Shown here in pieces: positions 47,001 through 58,201 of a DNA stretch of 64,000 bases (positions are counted from its first letter, which is position 1; the number at the start of each line of letters is the position of its first letter). Position numbers and translations under genes: made by a program. The notes under the pieces were generated by a model. The model was given only the letters and a program-made list of their open reading frames with translations. It had not been told where the DNA came from and made no database searches. Location of the stretch: the NCBI GenBank assembly GCA_905178155.1, contig CAJINV010000010.1:583851-647850 (forward strand), in the 5' to 3' direction. This DNA is from Amoebophrya sp. A120 (taxonomy: Eukaryota > Protista > Dinoflagellata).

Positions 47001-50000
47001 CATGGGTTATGCAAAATATGCATGACAAACCTGGCAATCTTCCAGACCCAGACATTTTTACACTTGATAGCAGCACTCGAGCGGCAAGTTCCGTTTGAAC
47101 CACAGCAACGAAATGACCGAGCCCACGCCGCGGCTCATCTGCATGATGTTGCTCAATTTCATGCCCCCGTACGTCACTTCGTCCCCCCTGTCGTCCGAAA
47201 TGCTGCACACCATGTTGGCCGGGTTCGGGCGCACTACGCCGAGCTTCTGCAGCGTCTTGAAGTCTTTGGGCACTTGCGGCACCTCCGGCTCCTGAAACAG
47301 GGGAATCTCCTTCTTTTCGAGCAATTGCTTGTAGATTTTGTTGATCTCCGTGCCGAGGGAGTCAAACGATCGGGGCACTGTGATGCCGTTCTGAAGTGAT
47401 ATGACCCGCTCAAACGTTAGTTACAATCTCAAACGTTACAATAGAATCTGGATTTTTTATTGCATGATGAGCATAACAGAACCGCACAGCGTTCCACTTT
47501 CTGCAATACAAATTTCGGATGATTTGCTAGTGCGGTTTGGGACTCCAGAATTTGTCATGCGCAATGCTGTGGGAGTAGGCTAGGCCATTCGCCTTTTGCA
47601 TCACAGATTTCCAGATTCTATTATAACGTTTGAGATTGTACTAACACCTGAGCAGGTTATAAGGGAGAGCGCCAGATTTTTTGCCTTCGCGGTTTCGCGG
47701 TCGGACCGGGATTATCAACTGCAAGTGTGTCTGGGTCTGGAAGAGTGCCAGACTTGTCATGCAGGTTTTCCATGACCCATGAGGTCTGGTATGTAAGACG
47801 TAGCATGGCAGATTCTGTCAAAGTTGTTCTATCGTGCCTATCCTGCATGAGAAACCGCCTCTCGATTGGCTCAAAAGTGGAGAACTTTTAGTAATCACGC
47901 AACACAGATTTATTTTACATGACTCAGATTTAGCATGACAAGTTGCTTTGTTCCAGAGGACCCAGACACTTCTGCTTTTGATAGGGATTGCGCCCCGGCG
48001 TGCCCGAACTGCATCTCGTCGCTGAACGCCGCTGCACAGGTATTCTGAGGAAAAACATCCCCACCCCAGAGTTGTCGTGCAAATCTGCATGCCAAAAAAG
48101 CTTCTCATGCGGAGCCCCATGCGAAGCATTTTGTCTTCATGTTTTGGAGTCAATTTGTGATGCTTAATCAGGGTTATACGCTAGGCCTGTGATGCTGCTG
48201 AACTAGCTGAACAGGACTACACTACGAGGACAAACTTCTCATGCGAAACAACCAACTCTGGTTGATTTATTGTCTAGCTGATTTTCCAACTTGACTATGG
48301 GGTGAGGACGTAGTTTTCAGACAGGATAACAGGTGCCGACACACCACGCGACCAGTGGCTTGGTGATTCGTTTGTCCTTGACCGCATCGAGCACCTCGTA
48401 CTCATCCAACCCCCCGACTTCCCCGAGCAACACAATCATTTTCACGCTCGGATTCCGCTGGTACCGCAGGATGTGGTCCAGAAACCGCGTGCCCGGATAC
48501 CGATCCCCGCCCACCGCCACGCCCTCGGCCACACCGTTGGTGTTGCGACATATGATGTTGTTCAACTCGTTGCTCATGCCGCCGGACCGGGAGACGTATG
48601 CCACAGACCCCGGACGGTATGGATTGCAAATATGTCTGGGTCTGGAAGAGTGGAACTTGTAATGCTGTCTGCGGATTCTAGAACTATCTGTGTTGCATGA
48701 GCAGCAAGAGGAGTGAGTCCTTGGCACGTCGCGGAGAGGGCATTTCTCATACGTGATTAGCATCAATAACCTCTCAAAAAATCTGTGATGCTAGCACCAG
48801 CATCACCGACCTCAAGGGTCATGCAAAATGTGCATGACAAGCCCCGACTCTTCCAGCCCCAGACATTTTTGCAGTTGATAGACGGTAAAGTTTCGACATG
48901 ATAATGTTTTCGATCGCGCCCCCGGTGTTGCTATCAAATGCAAACATATCTGGGTCTGGAAGGATGTAACTTGTGATGCTCCATTAGGATGCTACAAAAA
49001 TCTGTATTGCTTGAATAGCAAAAGAGGCCCAGTTCTTGCCACGGCGCGAGGGCATTTCTCATGCGGTATAGGCATTAGGAAGGCGTCACGAAATCTGTGA
49101 TGCTAGGGCATGCATTACAGACATCAGGAGTCATGCAAAATGTGCATGACAAACCAGACCCAGACACATTTGCATTTGATAGTTGCCGATGCGAAAGGCG
49201 CCCGGCTTGATGCCGCCCACGGTGGCAGGACCAATAATGGACACGCCCTTTGCCTGATGTTTTTGTATTTTATTGTTTGTGGGCGGTGCATTACGGAAGG
49301 AGGAGCAGCTGTATAGAGGAACACACATCACAAAAAACCGTGCTTTTGTAGCAACGTATATCATGAAAGTGATACATTCATAAAGAAGAAATTATACCTC
49401 CGCAAGGCAGATCAGTTCCCGAGTTTGTCGTTCCGGCATCCCCTCCGCAATCGCTTCTCCTGAGGAAAAACGCCCCCACCCCGAAGTTGTCATGCAGATT
49501 TGCAATTACAGGAACGTTTGTAATGCGCAGCCGCAGCCCCATGAGGCGCATCATTTTGAATCGCGTTTCTGCAGACGGGACAAGTAGATGGGTTTATTGT
49601 GATCCACGCCTGTCCTTCTATACGTACTATATTCTAAACTGCACTACCATACGGAGAGACACAACTTGTCATGCGCGAGTCCCAAAACTTCTGCATTTGT
49701 GTTGCAGATTTACCAATCATTGACTATCAGGTGGGGACGTTTTTGCTCAGAATATCACTGCAATGGTCTTCAACCGGCTCGAAAACTTCAGGGCCTCCAT
49801 GGTGGAATCGTAGCTGGACCGGAAGTATGCATTGCAAAAGTATCGTAGTCGTACTTCTACTAATTGCAGTCATGCATTACAAATCTTTTTCTTAAGGTAA
49901 ATCAGCACAACAAGTCATGCAATTCGTACTTGTACAAGAATACTTTTGCAATGCGTAGGAATGAAGCGAAGTTGATCATGAAAGACACCTCTGGGTGCTC

Positions 50001-53000
50001 ATCAATCGCGTCGGCGATGTTCGGGTACACTGGAATAAAAATTTCCTCTACGCTATCCTGTGTACAAACGTTCCCACCTCCCCAGAGTTCTTCTTGCCAT
50101 GCGGATTTGCAAGTACAGGAACATTTGGAACGCGCATCCCCACAAGGAGTAGAGCTATTTCCATCTGTGGTTGGAAATTTGCAAAAATGCTGCCAACAGG
50201 ACACAGAGATGGCTTTGTGCTGCGACTGTTATTGCTAACCTGCACTACAATACATAGTAAACCGAGAAATTTGAAGATGGCATGCGTGACTCCCCATCAA
50301 CTTTCCAGATTTGTGGTGCAAAGATCCTAACTTGACTATCATGGGGTCCTCGTGGGGACGTTATTTTCACGCAGGATATACGCCCCAGTATATAACCCGC
50401 TCAGGTGTTACAATCCCAAACGTTACAATAGAGTCTGAGATTTGTCTTGCATGATGAGCATGATCCAGCCAACTCTCATAGGGTTGAGCATGACAAGTTC
50501 CGGAGCTGTAAGCCCCACTACATTCTGGCGAAATTTGTATTGCAAAAGGTGGAACGCTGTGCGAGTCTGTCATGCCCATCATGCAACAGAAATTCCAGAT
50601 TCTATTGTAACGTTTGAGATTGTAACCTTTGAGCAGGTCATACAGTAGACCTTCATGTTCTGTCTCCCGCCGAACGGAAACACGACTGCGGAGACCGACG
50701 GCTTCTGCCGCCCGCAGATGCCGTCGAAGTCGAGCATGCGCTGGACCGCGGCCTGCTGCAGGTTATACACAATGCAGGTGGTGTCCTGGGTGGTCTCTTG
50801 CGTTTCCAGGGTCCGTAGTGGATAGAACGCGTGCGGGTGGCGCTCCGAGCCGGAGAGTATGCTGTGAAAATAAAGCGTGTACCATGTTCCGTCCTACATC
50901 GAGTGAGTATGCAAAGCCGGGCGTGGCTGTAGAAATTATATGTATATCTGCCATGCAAAAAATCCAAATTTTGTTCTTGACTGTCATACCCAGGAGGTCC
51001 TCTTGGACGAATCGAAATCGTGGTATACTTTTATTTTCACCGGATACTCAACCCCGCTTGATTATCCTTCGTAGGTGCGGAGCCGGGACTGGCGTCAACC
51101 TGCACAATTGCGGTTTTTTTTGGTCGTTTTGATGTGCTTTGTCATGCTAAAGAGGAACTACCAGAGGTAAAATCTACTAGATCTAGTACGTCATCTTTAT
51201 CAAACTTGTTTCATACTTTGCTGTAGTACACAGTAGGTTATGGTCCTCGATGTCGACAAAAACACCAAGAAATACTTCGTCCCCCAACACCCTCGCTGCG
51301 GCCACATTGTGCCGGATCATGTTGCTGGGCCGCCCCCCATATGAAATGCAAAAGTATCGTACTCGTATAACTATAAATGCATTACAAATTTTCTCAGCAT
51401 GAGAAATAAAATTTGTAATGCGGACTTACCTTGAGAAAGAGATTTGTAATGCATGTTTGCAATTACTACGACTGCGATACTTTTGCACAGGATACCCCAC
51501 CGATGCGCAGGTACTCGGCGGCATCCAGGTCGGGCTCTTCTTATCAAAAGGAAAATTCCCCCCTCCCCATATCGAAAACGAAATTCGCGATGCTGGATTT
51601 GAGTACACAAATCAGATTTTTCTTGCTGCAGAGGACTGCAGGCCCACTTCAAGCCTGAGTAGAGAGGTTTTGGCCTAGGCGCTTAGCATGAGAAACGTCT
51701 GCGCTGTAGGCCACACAGCATCACAAACCGCCTGCATAATGCGGCGGAGCCTGTGGAGTTGCCTTCTTGCAAGACAGAGATCATCTGTGGTCGCAAATCA
51801 GCATTGCAAATTTTCGGCGACGTACCTTTTCGATATGGGGAGGGGGAATTTTTCCGCGGGATACTTCTAACACCTCCATGAGGCCGAGAGACATCGGGAC
51901 GATGGTATCAAATACAAGAATCCCTGGATGTGTGGAAGGATGCCAGTTTGTCATGCTGCCTTTGGATTCGACAAAAATCTGTACTGCATGAGCAGCAACA
52001 GGAGTCCAGTTTTCGCTACACGGACAGGGCATTATTATATTTCACATGCGGTAGAGGCATGAGAAAGCCCTCGGAATAAAATCTGTGATGCGAGAGCATA
52101 CATCGCAGGCATCCTGGTCTTCCAAAATCTGCATGACAAACTCCTACTCCCATCCAGACCCAGACACTTTTGCAGTTGATAGATGGAAGTCATGTGCGTT
52201 TCGGGACCGTAGACTTTGATGGGCAGGCCGACGCTGGTGTATCAACTGTAAAAATGTCTGGGTCTGGAAGAGTCATGCTGTTTTTGCATGACACAGACGG
52301 TCTGGCATGGAAGCTCTAGCATCACAGGTTTCGAGAAGCTTCCGCAATGCCGAATCCGCATGACAAGTCCCCCATTTTGGTGACAGAAAGTGGGCAGCTT
52401 TTGCTACCTATGCATGAGAGATTTTTCTGTGTTCTGAAATGCGCATCACAAGTTGCATTCTTCCAGACCCAGACATTTTTGCAATCCATATGGTGACCGC
52501 GTCCTTGATTTTCCGCAACCCCTATCACGAGAAAAAAGTATTACAGTCACACACTCTGATGGAAGACAAGCAAGAGAGACAACCTCTGTCATGCAGGAAA
52601 TGCTTGCCAGCCTCATTTCTTTCGTGTTTTCCCTTATAGTCTGCGCATGACAGGTTTTCTTTGCCATGTCGAGCAACTTTGTGATGCAGAAACTCCAACA
52701 AGTGTGTAACTGTAACACTTTTTTCCTTGGATAACCCCTCGAGAAAATTCAGTCCCGCCCGGCGCACCCAGAAGGTGACTTTGTGGTCTTTTAACTCGTC
52801 GTATCGTACGAAAAAAGTGTTTCACTGTAGGGATTTTGCAAGTTCTGCATCACAAGTTTGTTCTACATCACAGAAAAAATTTGCCATGCGAGATTCCTCA
52901 GGGAAAAGTACACAGCTAAAAATCCATTGTCTTGCATGTGTAGCAAGACAAACACTTCCCAGATACATTTTCTGCATGACAAGTTTACAGTGAAACAGTT

Positions 53001-56000
53001 TTTTCTTGCGATACATCGGAGTACGCCTTGATCGCCTTGATCAACCCGGAGAAGTATCCTCTGCAAAAACGTCCCCACGATCCCATACCTGTGACGCAAA
53101 TCTGCATGCTGAAACTGTTTCTCATGCGGAGCCCCACGAGACGCGTTTTCTAGTCATGTTTTGGACGAATTTGTGATGCTCAAAGTGTAGCATGACATGC
53201 TGGATTCGTGATGTTCTTGTTGCACTAGCTCAACACGATGATTTTTACACTGCGTGCCCGAACTTGTCATGCGTAACAGCCAAAGGTTGTTGATTTGTCT
53301 TGCAGATGTCCCAACTTGACTATGGGGTCTATCTTGGGGGCGTTTTTATTCAGGATAAGAAGGTGCCCGCCACATCGGTAAAGTTGGCAATGCCGCCCCC
53401 GATGATGAACACTTTGCCTTCCGGCCGCTTCGTGCCCTTGGTGAGGAGCTGAAACAGCGTTTTCGCGTACTGGTACGTCTCGTCCGCGGTCGGAGCGCCC
53501 GAGTATATTGTGAGTAAAAACGTCCCAACACCAGAGTTGTCATGCAAATGCGCAATGACAGGAACATTTGTAATGCGCAGCTCCATGAGAGGAATTCCCA
53601 GTCGTGTTTTGGAATCTGTAATGCTGTAAACAGGATGCGAAAGTGGCTTTCTCATGTGGCTTTTCTAGCCAATCAGCACTACACTGCAGAGAGAAAAACT
53701 TGTCATGCACAACTCTCAAAACTTGGAGATTTGTGTTGCTAGATTCCCAACTTGACTATGGGGTGGAGACGTTTTTGCTTAGGATAGAGTATTCGCCGTA
53801 GTTTGCGAGTTCCGAACCGTACCCGAAATCCACGACGGTGTATCAAGTGTAAAAATGTCTGGGTCTGGAAGGTTGGAACTTGTGATGCTAACTTTGGACT
53901 CTAAAAAAATTTGTGTTGCATGACCAGCAATAGGAGCCCAGTTTGTGCTACGCGGGGAGGGCATTTGTCATGCGGGATAGGCATCAGGAAGGCCTCTAAA
54001 AATATGTGATGCCAGACCATGCATTACAGACATCATGGCTCATGGAAAATATGCATGACAAATCTAGAAATCTTCCAGACCCAGACACTTTTACATTTGA
54101 TACTGTGTCGGAGTAGACCACGGAGGCACCACCACTATCCTGTGCAAAAGTTGTATCGTAAACGTACTAATCGCATCCATGCATTACAGATTTCATTTAT
54201 TGAGGTAAATCCGCATTAGAGATTCCATTTCTAATGCTGAGGAAATTTGTAATGCGATTTATACTAGTATGATACTTTTGTAATGCATAACCACCCGCCA
54301 CCATCAACCACACGCGGCCGTTCGGGTTCAACACGGTCAATTTCAGCGACGCACCGGTCTTTTCGTCCAGCTTGCGGATAAAGGCCTCCTCGTATCCTAT
54401 GTAAAAGCGTCCCCACCCAAAAGTCAAGCTGGGGAGTCGGCTAGACAAATCCACAAGTTTTGGCTGTTTTGCATGACAAATTTCGACTAGTAGTGTAGTG
54501 CTGTTTGAGGTAGTTCATCAGCATCACAGATCTAGTATAGCATGATGATTGGAGCATGACAAATTCCAAAACACGACTAGACAATGCTTCTCATGGGGCT
54601 CCGCATGAGAAACATTTTCAGCATGCAGGTTTGCATTACAACTCTGGGATGGGGACGTTTTTCAATACGATACCTCGGGAAATTCGTTGCGCCCAAAAGC
54701 GGTTGGAAAGTCCACCTCGCCCCACTTCTTGTCGCAGAGGAACGCGTATGCATTGCAAATATGTCTGGGTCTGGAAGGATGCAAGGTCTGTCATGCATAT
54801 TTTGCATGACCCCTGATGCCTGTAATGCTTTGCCTAGCATGACAGTTCTCTTGAGGGCTTCCTGATTCCTATTCGGCATGAGAAATGCCCTCTCCGTGTA
54901 GCACAAACTGGACGCAGCATCACAAGTTGCAACCTGCCAGACCCAGATGACATATTTGCATTTGATAACCCGGCCGTCTCGTCGATTTTTGCCGCGAGGT
55001 CCAGGGGCACGATCTGCAAGCCGCTGGCGGTTCGCGCGTCGTCGACGACACACAGAGGGTTGATTTCCAGGTAGCTGTAGTGACACTCGGCGTAGAGCTA
55101 TCCAAGAAAAAAACACCATCACAATCACATTTAGGAGGTTTTGCGTCAGAAATTAGTCTCGCATGACAAATTTTTCTTGTATTGCAAAAACACAAAGAGA
55201 AATCGCGTATAAGTCTTGACTGTGATGCATTTTTGCGCATGACAAAATTTTTTGTATTGCAAAAATGTGCAAAAGTGGTTGTGATGGTGTTTTTTTCTTG
55301 AATAAGAGCTCAAACAGGTTGCGGATGTACTCGGACAAAATTTTTTATGGGATTCTCAAACGTTACATTCTCAACTGTCACATGAATTTGTCATGCAAAA
55401 CTCTCATCAGTATCACTATCATCATGCTGCTTCGCATGACAAATTTTCAAAGGGCTAAAGAGCATCTAAATCTGTGCCGAACCTGTAATGCAAAACGCGC
55501 AATCTTGTTCACCCTTGCATTTTTGCCATTCTTGCATTACAAATTCATGTAACAGTTGAGAATGAACATTTGAGAAGGCCATATTTTTCGCCGGGACACC
55601 GGCACCTGGTGCAGCAGGTTGTCCAATTCGTCATCCGTCAGCTGCTTCTTCGAGTCCGTCTTTACCTTCAGCCGTTCGGCTTTCGCGTCCACGTCGCCGA
55701 TATCGACCCCGCCCTCGTGGTAAAAGAAGATCTCGTATCAAATGTAAAAACGTCTGGGTCTGGAAGCGTCATGCTGTTTCTGCATGACGCAGAAGGTCTG
55801 GCATGGAAGCTCTAGCATCACAGGTTTCGGAAGCTTCCGCAATGCCGAAACCGCATGACAAATCCCACATTATGGTGACAGAAAGTGAACAGCTTCTGCT
55901 ACCTATGCATGAGAGATTTTTGTGTGTTCTGAAATGCGCATCACAGGTTACATCCTTCCAGACCCAGACATTTTTGCGCTTGATATCTCGTCGTAGTACC

Positions 56001-57070
56001 GATCTGATTGGATCGCCACGTAGTACTCGTCCTCTATCCTGTGTAAAAACATCCCCACCCCAGAGTTGTCATGCAGATCTGCAAGCACAAGCGCATTTGT
56101 AATGCGCATCCCCATAGGGGGCATTTCCCAGCGTGTTTTGGAACTTGTAATGCTGTAAACAGTATGGGGAGATGGATTTCTTATGCGGCTTTCCTTGCTC
56201 AACTGCACTCCGCTACAGCCTGCAACTTGTCATGCGTGACTCCCAAAACTCCAAGGTTTGTGTTGCAAAATTCCCAGCTTGACTCTGGGGTGGGGACGTT
56301 TTTACACAGGATATCCTCTTGGTTGTGTTTCAGGAAGGGCTCGATGAGAAAATGGGTCAGAACCCCTGTCACGTTCTCGATCGTGTATCCCACGAAAAAA
56401 GTGTTACAGTTACACATTTGTAGTCAATTCAGCAACACAAATTTCTCTGCATGAAAGAGAAAACTTGTAATGCACAAATCCTACGGGAAAACACCTATGA
56501 AACGAGGCTCCTATGCATATCCGACATGACAGAGCTTATCTGTCTTGCTTGGCCTGCGACACAATGTGTGAATGTAACCCTTTTTTCTTGCGATATCGTG
56601 AGCTCCTTGTGCAGTCGCTCCGTGATCCATTCATTGCACTCCTCGAAGGTGCAATTCACCTTGATCAGACCGGCCTTGCCTCGTCGCTTGATCAGCTGGT
56701 CGGGCTTCACAACCAGCTTTTCCGTCTTCAACCAGGGATGCTTGGCCAGAATCTCATCCCATGCGAAATCTGTTTTGTTTTTGTGTCATGCAATATGAAA
56801 AAAAAACATTTGTGGTCATGCGGGTGGTGATACAAGTAAGTACTTCAATGCAAAAACAGAATCTTGGGGAGCAGACAATCATGCCATAACTCTGCTCCCC
56901 AACAGGCATGCAGTAGAAACACGATAGAAGTGATAAGTACGGATATCCGAGCTCTGCCACAGGGACGGAGTGACCAGGACACCTTTGTACTCCGCGTTGT
57001 CGAACGGTGCCTTCAGGTTCTTGTAAATCATGCATTTGCCATGATACTCGCGTATCGCTTTCACCGACAT
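44038..57070 (-). CDS. ACLY: ATP-citrate lyase, single fused chain; 33 introners plus at least 2 GT-AG introns
   Basis: Reconstructed [174 protein letters not shown]; stop TGA at 44038-44040; GT-AG introns 56770-56940 and 49254-49397; linker 50.85-51.3 kb not fully resolved. Confidence 0.97.
44152..45099. mobile_element. Introner family C with a nested minisatellite-rich insertion of about 0.8 kb
   Basis: TSD TGGTC; removal gives [16 protein letters not shown]. Confidence 0.9.
45141..45351. mobile_element. Introner family A (degenerate)
   Basis: TSD GCCGG/GCCAG; gives FVLARSIG. Confidence 0.85.
45431..45643. mobile_element. Introner, E-related
   Basis: TSD CTTTC; gives DMLRKCGAF. Confidence 0.9.
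45777..45989. mobile_element. Introner family E
   Basis: TSD CGCTG. Confidence 0.92.
46040..46335. mobile_element. Introner family D
   Basis: TSD GTTTG; gives NPDKRVEIL. Confidence 0.9.
46447..46613. mobile_element. Degenerate introner family C
   Basis: TSD GAACT/AAACG; gives TKAFDKAI. Confidence 0.8.
46808..47069. mobile_element. Introner family A
   Basis: TSD GCAGC; gives ECCQFMEM. Confidence 0.92.
47400..47661. mobile_element. Introner family G (TIR TATnACCnGCTCA..TACAATCTCAAACGTTA)
   Basis: TSD AGTGA/AGGGA. Confidence 0.88.
47713..47983. mobile_element. Introner family A
   Basis: TSD GGGAT. Confidence 0.9.
48041..48328. mobile_element. Introner family B
   Basis: TSD ACAGG; gives VGTCAAAF. 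Confidence 0.9.
48618..48880. mobile_element. Introner family A
   Basis: TSD GACGG; gives KLYRPGSV. Confidence 0.92.
48932..49181. mobile_element. Introner family A
   Basis: TSD GTTGC; gives RIGNTGG. Confidence 0.92.
49456..49754. mobile_element. Introner family B
   Basis: TSD TCGCT/TCACT; gives TIAVIAEG. Confidence 0.88.
49826..49957. mobile_element. Introner family C
   Basis: TSD GGAAG/GGAAT; gives NFASFRSS. Confidence 0.88.
50054..50378. mobile_element. Introner family B
   Basis: TSD TACGC. Confidence 0.88.
50391..50642. mobile_element. Introner family G
   Basis: TSD CAGTA. Confidence 0.92.
51340..51494. mobile_element. Introner family C
   Basis: TSD CCCCA. Confidence 0.9.
51542..51863. 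mobile_element. Introner family D
   Basis: TSD CTTCT. Confidence 0.92.
51906..52181. mobile_element. Introner family A
   Basis: TSD GATGG; gives HMTSIVPM. Confidence 0.9.
52240..52490. mobile_element. Introner family A
   Basis: TSD TGGTG. Confidence 0.92.
52523..52733. mobile_element. Introner family E
   Basis: TSD ACCCC; gives FLEGLRKI. Confidence 0.9.
52802..53013. mobile_element. Introner, E-related
   Basis: TSD CGTCG/CATCG. Confidence 0.88.
53055..53357. mobile_element. Introner family B
   Basis: TSD AGAAG; gives AGTFSGLI. Confidence 0.9.
53506..53786. mobile_element. Introner family B
   Basis: TSD GAGTA; gives GEYSGAP. Confidence 0.92.
53841..54102. mobile_element. Introner family A
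   Basis: TSD CGGTG/CTGTG; gives YSDTVVD. Confidence 0.9.
54136..54289. mobile_element. Introner family C
   Basis: TSD ACCAC; gives VAGGGASV. Confidence 0.92.
54393..54672. mobile_element. Introner family B (opposite orientation to the copy at 56035)
   Basis: TSD CCTCG; gives FPEEAFI. Confidence 0.92.
54747..54967. mobile_element. Introner family A
   Basis: TSD ACGCG/ACCCG. Confidence 0.88.
55099..55304. mobile_element. Introner, E-related (TIR TATnCAAGAAAAAAACACCATCACAA)
   Basis: TSD AGAGC; gives LFELYAEC. Confidence 0.9.
55346..55583. mobile_element. Introner family F
   Basis: TSD TTTTT; gives RRKILSEY. Confidence 0.9.
55736..55985. mobile_element. Introner family A
   Basis: TSD TCTCG; gives [11 protein letters not shown]. 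Confidence 0.92.
56035..56313. mobile_element. Introner family B
   Basis: TSD TCCTC; gives NQEDEYYV. Confidence 0.92.
56386..56595. mobile_element. Introner family E
   Basis: TSD TCGTG; gives KELTIENVTG. Confidence 0.92.
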
Positions 57071-58201
57071 TTTCTTCAACTGTTTTGTCGATTACTTTTT
57101 TACTTTTTACAAAAAGTCAAACCTTTAGAGCATGAGACTGAAGACGAGTACTTACTACAGAAACTTTGACTAATCTAGTCTTGCGCTATCCACCGCCATC
57201 AAAAAAAACGCACGAACTAAAGGAGTTCTTTTTCGCACCTAGTAGTTGATACAAAACTTAGCACGTACGTGTCTCCTAATAGGACTACTACTAGCGTGTA
57301 GCAATTATTTGGGCGCTTCAGCAACCAGCAATTTGCTATACGGTGCTTAGAAAAATGTACTTCTGCGTGGTGCGGAAGCTAGTACTTACGGCTCTTCCTT
57401 GACGCTCTATTTGCGCTTTTCCCTCAACGTCAACATTGCAATTCCCTCTCTGCACCATGATACAAATTCACTAAAAGTAGAATCAGGAGATTTGAAGAGT
57501 TCTCTCGGTTTTGTAGTAGCTGAAAGGCAGAATCATGAAATCGACAAACCTCTTTGGTTTTCCGGGTTCCATGGTAAATTATATATATTAGCGGCTTATT
57601 GTTTATTGTTGTCTCGTCACAAATGTTGACAGTATGACAACCTTCGCAGGATGCGAAATTTTGGCATTTGCACCACAGGAGCAAACATAACTTTTATTTG
57701 GTACCGAAGTGTGGACCGTAATTTGAGCTTCATTTCTTATCTCTCCTTTTTGCTCTCTTCTAGGACAAGATCCTGAACAGACAGTGCAGTAAGTAGAGTA
57801 CTTTTATCAGTTCCGAAATCTTCGAATTTCCTTGATAACAACTAGAAGTACGTTGAACGGCGCAGTCTTTGCATTCCTCCAGCTCCACCCACCACAGGGA
57901 TCTCTTTACAAAAAGAACCCCGCTCCTCAGAGGTTCCAGTCCTCTTTTTCTGTGCGTAGTTTTCTCTACCTCGAATCATGTTTCGGTTGCGCGAACTAAA
58001 CAAGAGGGCGTCAAGTAGTACAACTGCAAAAAGCTGTACAGAAGAATCGCGAGCACTGATTGCTTCATCTGCAGTATCATGTCTATCTCACAAGAAGATC
58101 TTTTCTACTTCGGTGCTTTGTTACATACTACAGAGTCCTCTCCTGTTGAGCAGGATGAAGATCACGTACGTCACGCTGCTTTCACCTTACCCCTCCCTCT
58201 T

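Noticed and set aside
44152-56595. Repeat-spacer pattern resembling a CRISPR array or integron cassettes
   Set aside because: The repeats are long TIR elements of several families and the spacers are consecutive exons of one gene; no cas or integrase genes are present.
56757-56950. First ACL intron read as an introner with TSD TCCCA/TCCGA
   Set aside because: No TIR is present, and GT-AG splicing gives the conserved W-x6-HPWL spacing.
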